Origin: an uncultured Chloroflexia bacterium
Lineage (GTDB): Bacteria; Chloroflexota; Limnocylindria; Limnocylindrales; CSP1-4
Length of the DNA stretch: 64,000 bases
Assembly: GCA_963779315.1 (NCBI GenBank)
Contig: CAVZXQ010000003.1
Coordinates: 162,447 to 226,446, forward strand
Reading direction: 5' to 3'
In this document: positions 57,247 through 64,000 of the stretch, piece after piece
How the letters are laid out: every line of letters begins with the position of its first letter
How positions within the stretch are numbered: the first letter of the stretch is position 1
Position numbers and translations under genes: made by a program
The notes under the pieces: model-generated
Database searches by the model: none
Seen by the model: only the letters and a program-made list of their open reading frames with translations
Told to the model about the DNA's origin: nothing

Positions 57247-58966
57247 CCGAGCCGGGCGCCGGGCGCCGCCGACGCAGCCCGGTCGTCCTGTACGACACGA
57301 CCCTGCGCGACGGGACGCAGGGCGAGAACATCACCCTGTCGCTCGCCGACAAGCTGCGCATCGCGCGGATGCTCGACGAGTTCGGGATGCCGTTCATCGA
57401 GGGCGGCTGGCCGGGCTCCAACCCCAAGGACATCGAGTTCTTCGCGGCCGCCCGGACCATGCGCTGGGAGCGCGCCAGGCTGGCCGCCTTCGGCTCGACC
57501 CGCCACCGCTCCAACAAGCCGCGGCGACGACCCGAACCTGCGCGAGCTCGTCGCCGCCGAGACGCCGGTCGTCACGATCTTCGGCAAGAGCTGGCTGCTC
57601 CACGTCACCGAGGTCCTGGGCGCCACGCCCGGCCGAGAACCTCGACATGATCGCCGACTCGGTCGGCTTCGTCGTCGATCGCGGCCGCGAGGCGGTCTAC
57701 GACGCCGAGCACTTCTTCGACGGCTACAAGGCCGATCGCGACTACGCGCTGGCCACGCTCCGGGCCGCCCGCCAGGCCGGCGCGCGGACGCTCGTCCTGT
57801 GCGACACGAACGGCGGGACGCTGACCGACGAGCTCGTCGCGGATCATCGCGCGACGTCCGCGCGATCGCTGGAGGCCGACCCGGACGCGCCGGCGGTCAC
57901 CTGGGGGATCCACACCCACAACGACGCCGAGCTGGCGGTCGCCAACTCGATGGCCGCGGTCGCCGCCGGGATCCGCCACGTCCAGGCCACGATCAACGGC
58001 TACGGCGAGCGGTGCGGCAACGCCAACATGGTCAGCATCCTGGCCAACCTCGCGCTCAAGACGCCGCACGTGCTGGTGCCGGCCGGCGGCGGCGACCTGG
58101 CCGGCCTGACCGAGCTGTCGCGCTCGGTCGCCGAGATCGCCAACGTCAACCCGAACGACTACCAGCCGTACGTCGGCCGCTCCGCCTTCGCCCACAAGGG
58201 CGGCGTCCACGGCGCCGCCGTGGCCAAGGTCGAGCGGAGCTACCAGCACGTCGACCCGGTCGTCGGTCGGCAACGCCGGGCGGCTCGTCGTCTCGGAGCT
58301 CGGCGGCCGGGCCAACACCTCCATCCGCGCGCGAGCAGCTGGGCCACCAGCTCGAGGGCGTCGTCGACCCGCGCGAGCTGTCGAAGCTGATCAAGCAGCT
58401 CGAGTCCGACGGGCTCGCGTTCGAGGGCGCCGAGGCGTCAGCTTCGAGCTCCTCATCCGGCGCCACGCCGCCGACTACGTCGGCGCCGTTCCGGATCGTC
58501 GACTACACCTGCCTCGTCGAGCAGCGCGACGGGCGCGAGCTGCTGGCCGAGGCGACCGTCAAGGTCGAGGTCGACGGCGAGATCCTCCACACCGCCGCCG
58601 ACGGCAACGGCCCGGTCAACGCCCTCGACGCCGCGCTGCGCAAGGCGCTCGGGGCGTTCTACCCGGGCATCGACGACGTCCACCTGGTCGACTACAAGGT
58701 GCGCATCCTCGACGGCGGGGCGGCGACCGCGGCCCGGACCCGGGTCGATCATCGATTCGACGGACGGCGCGCGGACCTGGTCGACGATGGGCAGCGACAC
58801 GAACATCATCGCCGCCTCGGCCGGCGGCCCTGGCCGACTCGCTCGAGTACGCGATCTGGAAGTCCGGCGCCGAGCTGCGCCGCCGCGACGAGCGCCACTT
58901 CACCGACCCCGGCTCGTGCCGCGGCGCGGCGGGGCCACAGCCGAACCACGGAGGCTCGAGCCATGA
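57243..58966 (+). CDS. cimA: Citramalate synthase (frameshifted)
   Basis: [29 protein letters not shown] and AHKGGVH. Confidence 0.9.
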
Positions 58967-59541
58967 CCGGCAAGACGGCAGGCGCGGGGATCCGCGACGG
59001 CGACCGACCGCCGCGCTGCACCTCACGCGCTGGACCGTGACGTCGGGCAGCAACGCCCAGAGCCGCGGCGCGGTCGTCATCGCCGCCGGCGACCACCAGT
59101 GGCGCGCCTCGGCCGAGGGCAACGGCGGCCGATCGACGCGCTGTACGCGGCGGTGGACGAGGCGCTCGCGGCGATCCTGGCCGGCCACCCGCGGCTGCTC
59201 GCCTACGACATCCACGCGCTCGGCGAGGGGACCGACGCGGTCGGCGCCGTGGTCGTCCGGATCGCCCCGCCCGACGGCGGCCGGGGAGCGCGGGGCGGGC
59301 GAGTACCGCGGCGAGGCCCGCAGCACGAACATCATCGCGGCCTCGCATCGAGGCCTACATCGCGGCCCTCGACGCGATGCTCGCCGAGGCGCACTGGTCC
59401 GGCGCGGCCGGACGCTGCGGCCGAGGCGACACCGGGCCTGCGGTGGCGCACCGGTCGCGCGGCCGGGCACGGGCAAGCCGCCGGGCCGACCTCGACGAGG
59501 ACAAGGCGGCCACGACACCACCGTCCTGGTTCGAGCGGTAG
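58963..59541 (+). CDS. Stand-alone LeuA-type allosteric (regulatory) domain protein (frameshifted)
   Basis: WTVTSG...ASAEGNG.IDALY...YDIHALGEGTDA...STNIIAAS; own ATG overlapping the cimA stop. Confidence 0.75.
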
Positions 59542-59590
59542 ACCGGCTCGGCCGGCGGCCGGGCGGCGGCCGGCCGCTAGACTCGCCACC

Positions 59591-60471
59591 GTGACCAGCC
59601 ACGCTGCCGATCGCCTACGCCGGCGAGCCGGGGGCCTTCGCCGAGGACGCCGTCCTGGCGGCCTTCGGCGGACGCCGGAACGTGTCGGGCACCCGTCAGC
59701 TTCCGCGCGTCTTCGAGGCCGTGGCGTCGGCGGAGGCCGCGGGCCGGCGTCGTCCCGATCGAGAACGTCGTCAACGGCACCGTCCGCGAGAACTACGACC
59801 TGCTGCTGGAGCACGACCTGGAGATCCGCGGCGAGGTCGTCGTCCCGGTCCGGCTCTGCCTCGCGGCGCTGCCCGGCCAGCGTCTCGAGGACATCGAGCG
59901 GGTCTACTCGCACATCCAGGCGCTCGGCCAGGCGGAGGCGTTCCTGCGGACGCGGCCGTGGCAGCTGCTCACGACCTACAACACGGCCGGCGCCGGCAAG
60001 GCCATCGTCGACCGGGGGGAGCGGGGCGCGGCCGCCGTCCTGTCGCCGCGGGCGGCGGGCCTGTTCGGCCTGGAGATCCTGGCCGACGAGATCGGCGACC
60101 TGCCCGGCAACCGGACCCGGTTCCTGGTGCTCGGCCGGCCGGGCGCGCCGATCCCCGGCGCCGATCGATCGGCCGACGCCGCGCCGCGATCGCCGACGGC
60201 GCATCGGACGACGCTGGTCGTCGCCGTCCGGAACGAGCCCGGCACGCTGCTGGCGGTGCTGCGGCGTGTTCGCCGGCGCACGGCCTGAACATGCAGCAAG
60301 CTCGAATCGCGGCCGAGCCGCGAGCGCGCCTGGGAGTACGTGTTCTGGGTGGACCTCGACGCGGACCTGGCCGACCCCGCGACGCAGGCCGCGCTCGACG
60401 GACTCCGCTCGGTGACGACGATGGTCCGGGTCCTCGGCTGCTACCCGCGCGCCGGCGACGATCCGGCCTGA
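59591..60471 (+). CDS. pheA: Prephenate dehydratase (frameshifted)
   Basis: GEPGAF, VPIEN, SHIQAL, NRTRF, ESRPS and LGCYP. Confidence 0.92.
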
Positions 60472-60476
60472 CGACG

Positions 60477-60502
60477 AAGGCCCGCCGTAGCCGGCGGGCC
60501 TT
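60477..60502. terminator. Bidirectional hairpin between convergent pheA and mscL
   Basis: AAGGCCCGCCG-TAGC-CGGCGGGCCTT. Confidence 0.75.
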
Positions 60503-60529
60503 GCATCCGGATCCGGCGAGGACTCGATC

Positions 60530-60908
60530 TCAGGCGGAGCCGCTTGCGCAGTTCGTCCCGGATCTCGGTCAGCAGCGTCTCCTCGGCCGACAGGCCCGGC
60601 CGGCGGCGCCTCCTTGATGAACAGCTTGCTGATCAGGTAGACGACGAGCATCACGATCGACGAACACGATCAGCGAGTTGATGAACAGGCCCCAGCCGAT
60701 GGAGACCTCCTCGCCCGTCGCGTGTCGTTCCCGAGGACGGTCTTGATCGCGGCGAAGTCGACGCCGCCGAGTGCCCAGCCGATCGGCGGCATGATGATCG
60801 CGTTGACGAGCGTCGTTGACGACACGCACCGAGCGACGCGCCGATGATGACGCCGATGGCCAGGGCCAGCGCGTTCGACTTGGTCAGGAACTCCTTGAAG
60901 CCACCCAT
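60530..60908 (-). CDS. mscL: Large-conductance mechanosensitive channel (frameshifted)
   Basis: FKEFL..SNALALAIGVIIG, IIMPPIG, WGLFIN and LLTEIRDEL. Confidence 0.9.
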
Positions 60909-60945
60909 CGGGCCTCCTTCAGGGTTCGACGATCAGGGCTCGACG

Positions 60946-61352
60946 TCAGTGCTCGACGATCTTCGGCAGAGTCTTGGCCTCGGCGATCCAGCCCGCGACC
61001 TCGGCCTCGGTCGGGATCCGACGGACGGTGCCCGGACGGGCCGCGACGACCTCCTCGAACGTCGTCGCCAGGTTGGCGGCGTTGCGCTGGGCCAGCTCCG
61101 CCGGGCGAGTCGACGCCGGCCACCTCGAGCAGGTCCGAGTACTCGGAGCCGACGCCCTTGATGCGCATCAGGTCGAGGTGGTTCACCCACTCCAGGATCT
61201 TGGCGCCATCGATCCCGGTGGCCTTCTCGATCGCGGCACGGCCGCCTGCCGATGGCCCCCTGCTCCAGCAGGGCGTCGCCGGTGCCGATGCCGGCCAGCG
61301 CCAGCTGTTCGGCCTGGATCGGTCCGATGCCTTCGACGTCTTCCAGCTTCAT
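60946..61352 (-). CDS. DUF4332-like helix-hairpin-helix protein (frameshifted)
   Basis: LEDVEGIGP and [22 protein letters not shown]. Confidence 0.8.
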
Positions 61353-61455
61353 CGTCGACTCCTTCGTCCGTGGCCGACCCATCGTTGGTGGTCAGGCCGA
61401 TGATACCCTTGCGGCTCCCTCCCGAATCACCCCGCTGCCGCATCCCGGAGGCTCC

Positions 61456-63141
61456 ATGGACCAGGCATTTCGCGACGCCATGACGGCCGGCTACGCCCTC
61501 TCGGAGCCCGGGCTGGTGATCGGCAGCCCGATGCACGACGGCGAGGTCTTCAACGACGCCCGCGTGCAGGTCGCGCTGTCCATGCTCAACCGCCACGGGC
61601 TGATCGCCGGGGCCACCGGGACCGGCAAGACCAAGACCCTCCAGCTGCTGGCCGGGCAGCTCTCGAAGGCCGGCGTCCCGGTCTTCGTCGCCGACATCAA
61701 GGGCGACCTCACCGGCCTGGCGGCCCCCGGCGATCGCCACCAACCCCAGGCTCCAGGAGCGCGTGACCTCACTGGCCTGGGACTTCGAGCCGTCCGGCCA
61801 TCCCGGTCGAGTTCCTGTCGCTCACCGGCAAGCTCGGCGCCCAGGTCCGCGCGACGGTCCACTCGTTCGGGCCGCTGCTGATGGGCAAGGTCCTGGACCT
61901 CAACGAGACCCAGACGTCGCATCCTCGCCCTGATCTTCAAGTACTGCGACGACAACAGCCTGCCGCTGCTGGACCTCAAGGACCTGGCGGCGACCCTCAA
62001 GTTCCTCTCGTCGGACGAGGGCAAGCCGATCCTGGCCGACTACGGCGGGATGTCCGCCGCGTCGGTCGGCGTGCTGTTGCGCTCGATCGTCGTCCTCGAG
62101 CAGGAAGGCGCGGACGTCTTCTTCGGCGAGCCGGAGTTCGACGTGGACGACCTGCATCCGGACCACGCGCCGACGGCGCAGGGGATCATCAGCGTCCTCG
62201 AGCTGTCGGACGTGATGGACCAGCCGCGGCTGTTCAGCACGTTCATGCTGTGGATGCTGGCCCAGCTGTACGAGAGCCTGCCCGAGGCCGGCGACCTGCC
62301 CAAGCCGAAGCTGTGCTTCTTCTTCGACGAGGCGCACCTGCTGTTCGATGACGCCTCCGAGGCGCTGATGGACCAGGTCGAGCGGACCGCCCGACTCATC
62401 CGGTCCAAGGGCGTCGGCATCTACTTCGTGACCCAGGCGCCCGACCGACGTCCCGGCCTCGGTGCTGGCGCAGCTCGGGCAATCGGGTGCAGCACGCGCT
62501 GCGGGCCTTCACGCCCGACGATGCCGATGCGCTGCGCAAGACGGCGCGCACGTTCCCGATGACCGAGTTCTACGACGTCGAGAAGACGATCACCTCGCTC
62601 GGGACCGGCGAGGCCCTCGTCACGGTCCTGTCGTCGCGCGGCGTGCCGACGCCGCTGGCGGCGACCCGCCTGCTGCCGCCCGATTCCCTGATGGCGCCGA
62701 TCTCGCCCGAGGCCGTTCAGCGCGGCCGATCGCGGGAAGCTCGTTCGCCGACCAAGTACGGCGCGACCGTCGACCGCGACAGTGCCTACGAGATCATCAA
62801 CGCCCGGCTGGTCGCGGCCCGGGCCGCCGCCGCGGCCGCGTCGCGACGCCGCGATGCGGGCCGGGGTGGACCCGACGACCGCCGCCGGGATGAACACCAT
62901 GACTCCGGCCCAGCAGCAGCGCGAGATCGCGCGCCAGGCCAGGGAGATCGCGGCCGCCGAGAAGGCCGCCGAGCGTGAGCGCAAGGCCCAGGCCAAGGCG
63001 CAGGCGGACGCCGCGAGGGCCCGCCAGCGGTCGATCGACTCGGCCATCCGGACCGGCGGCAAGGTGGTGACCTCGAAGGCCGGGCAGGACCTCATCCGCG
63101 GCATCTTCGGGACGCTCTTCGGCGGCGGCAAGTCCAAGTAG
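61456..63141 (+). CDS. DUF853/HerA-like P-loop ATPase (frameshifted)
   Basis: [22 protein letters not shown] and [13 protein letters not shown]. Confidence 0.9.
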
Positions 63142-63199
63142 GCAGGGCCTGCTGAGGTAGGCCTGGGCCGGACCAGCTGACCCGTCGCCCGCTGACCGG

Positions 63200-63282
63200 C
63201 CCGGCGTTGAGCGGCCCGGCGCTGAGCGGCCCGGCGCTGAGCGACCCGGCGCTGAGCGACCCGGCGTTGAGCCTCCCGGCGC
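63200..63282. repeat. 15-bp tandem repeat, 5 full units plus a partial
   Basis: CCCGGCGYTGAGC.. units at 63200, 63215, 63230, 63245 and 63260. Confidence 0.9.
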
Positions 63283-63294
63283 CAGCCTGTCTGT

Positions 63295-63469
63295 GTGTGC
63301 ATGGGGTGACCATTTGCGCCACGCAGCGCCCCTGACGATGTCGATGTCGTGCACCCCATGCACCAGAAGGCCACGATCGGCCGTCCAGATGGCCGTTCCG
63401 GTGCACCCCATGCACCGGACGGACAGGTTCGGGGTCCCATGTTGTCCCAAATGGTCACCCGGTGCACAC
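63295..63469. mobile_element. MITE/REPIN-like non-coding element with 22-bp terminal inverted repeats
   Basis: GTGTGCATGGGGTGACCATTTG versus CAAATGGTCACCCGGTGCACAC (20/22); internal GTGCACCCCATGCACC twice. Confidence 0.55.
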
Positions 63470-63539
63470 CGAGCCGACGAGCCGACGAGCCGAGGATCCG
63501 AGGAGCTGGCCAGCCAAGACGGTCCGGACGGTCGTACCG

Positions 63540-64000
63540 CTACTCGATGACGAGGTTCTCCGGGAGCTCCTCACCCGCCGGGTAGCGTGGTCGGAGGTCC
63601 GCCATCGTGTCGGCCAGGATGGACGCCACCGCCAGGTTCCGGAACCACTTGCGGTTGGAGGGGATCACGTACCACGGCGCTTCGGGCGTGGAGGTCCTCG
63701 TGAGGGCCTCGTCGAACGCCGCCTGGTAGTCGTCCCAGCGCTTGCGCTCCTCGAGGTCGCCCATGGCGAACTTCCACTGTCTGGTCGGATCGTCGTAGCG
63801 GGCCTGGAATCGTTCGCGCTGCTCGTCCCGATCGATCGACAGGAAGAACTTCACGATCGTCGTGCCGTTCTGGGCGAGGTGCCGCTCGAACGCGTTGATC
63901 TGGTCGTAGCGGGCCTTCCAGACCTTCGAGGGCACGAGACCGTGGACGCGCACGACGAGGACGTCCTCGTAGTGCGATCGGTTGAAGATCCCGATCTCGC
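63540..64000 (-). CDS. ppk2: Polyphosphate kinase 2 family protein (5' end outside the window)
   Basis: IFNRSHYEDVL, KFFLSI, WKF and APWYVIP..KWFRN. Confidence 0.92.
   Translation of the reverse strand, partial: EIGIFNRSHYEDVLVVRVHGLVPSKVWKARYDQINAFERHLAQNGTTIVKFFLSIDRDEQRERFQARYDDPTRQWKFAMGDLEERKRWDDYQAAFDEALTRTSTPEAPWYVIPSNRKWFRNLAVASILADTMADLRPRYPAGEELPENLVIE

Noticed and set aside
61456-63141. HerA-like ATPase as an anti-phage system
   Set aside because: It fits the widespread DUF853/YjgR family, and no nuclease or Sir2 partner is adjacent.
63200-63469. CRISPR array
   Set aside because: The repeats are contiguous or only two copies, with no repeat-spacer series and no cas genes.

Overview
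Very GC-rich bacterial chromosomal segment. Gene style suggests Chloroflexota, possibly Limnocylindria; this is inference only. Many genes carry single-base indels, dense at about 6-25 kb and 35-63 kb and almost absent at 1-5 kb and 26-35 kb. These look like read or assembly errors, so frameshifted genes are called across the breaks with approximate ends. Core content: proC, a dispersed homogentisate pathway (hppD, fahA-like, hmgA), a 2-oxoacid:ferredoxin oxidoreductase flanked by CBS proteins, copA, fabD with two fabF, a branched-chain amino acid cluster (ilvD, leuDC, ilvBNC, leuA, leuB, cimA), pheA, mscL and ppk2. The best candidate for an undescribed system is three paralogous ECF sigma / anti-sigma cassettes at 15.6-23.9 kb. 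They share an N-terminal anti-sigma motif I do not recognise, a GAAC promoter box and 5' UTR hairpins; two share a near-identical DNA block at the transmembrane junction; all three carry unrelated extracytoplasmic domains. Other candidates: a stand-alone LeuA regulatory-domain gene, AT-hook-like loops in an S9 peptidase, an RBS-sequestering hairpin before hmgA, an ilv attenuator, a CsoR-type operator, pervasive leaderless promoters and a MITE/REPIN-like element. No rRNA, tRNA, CRISPR array or transposase was seen.
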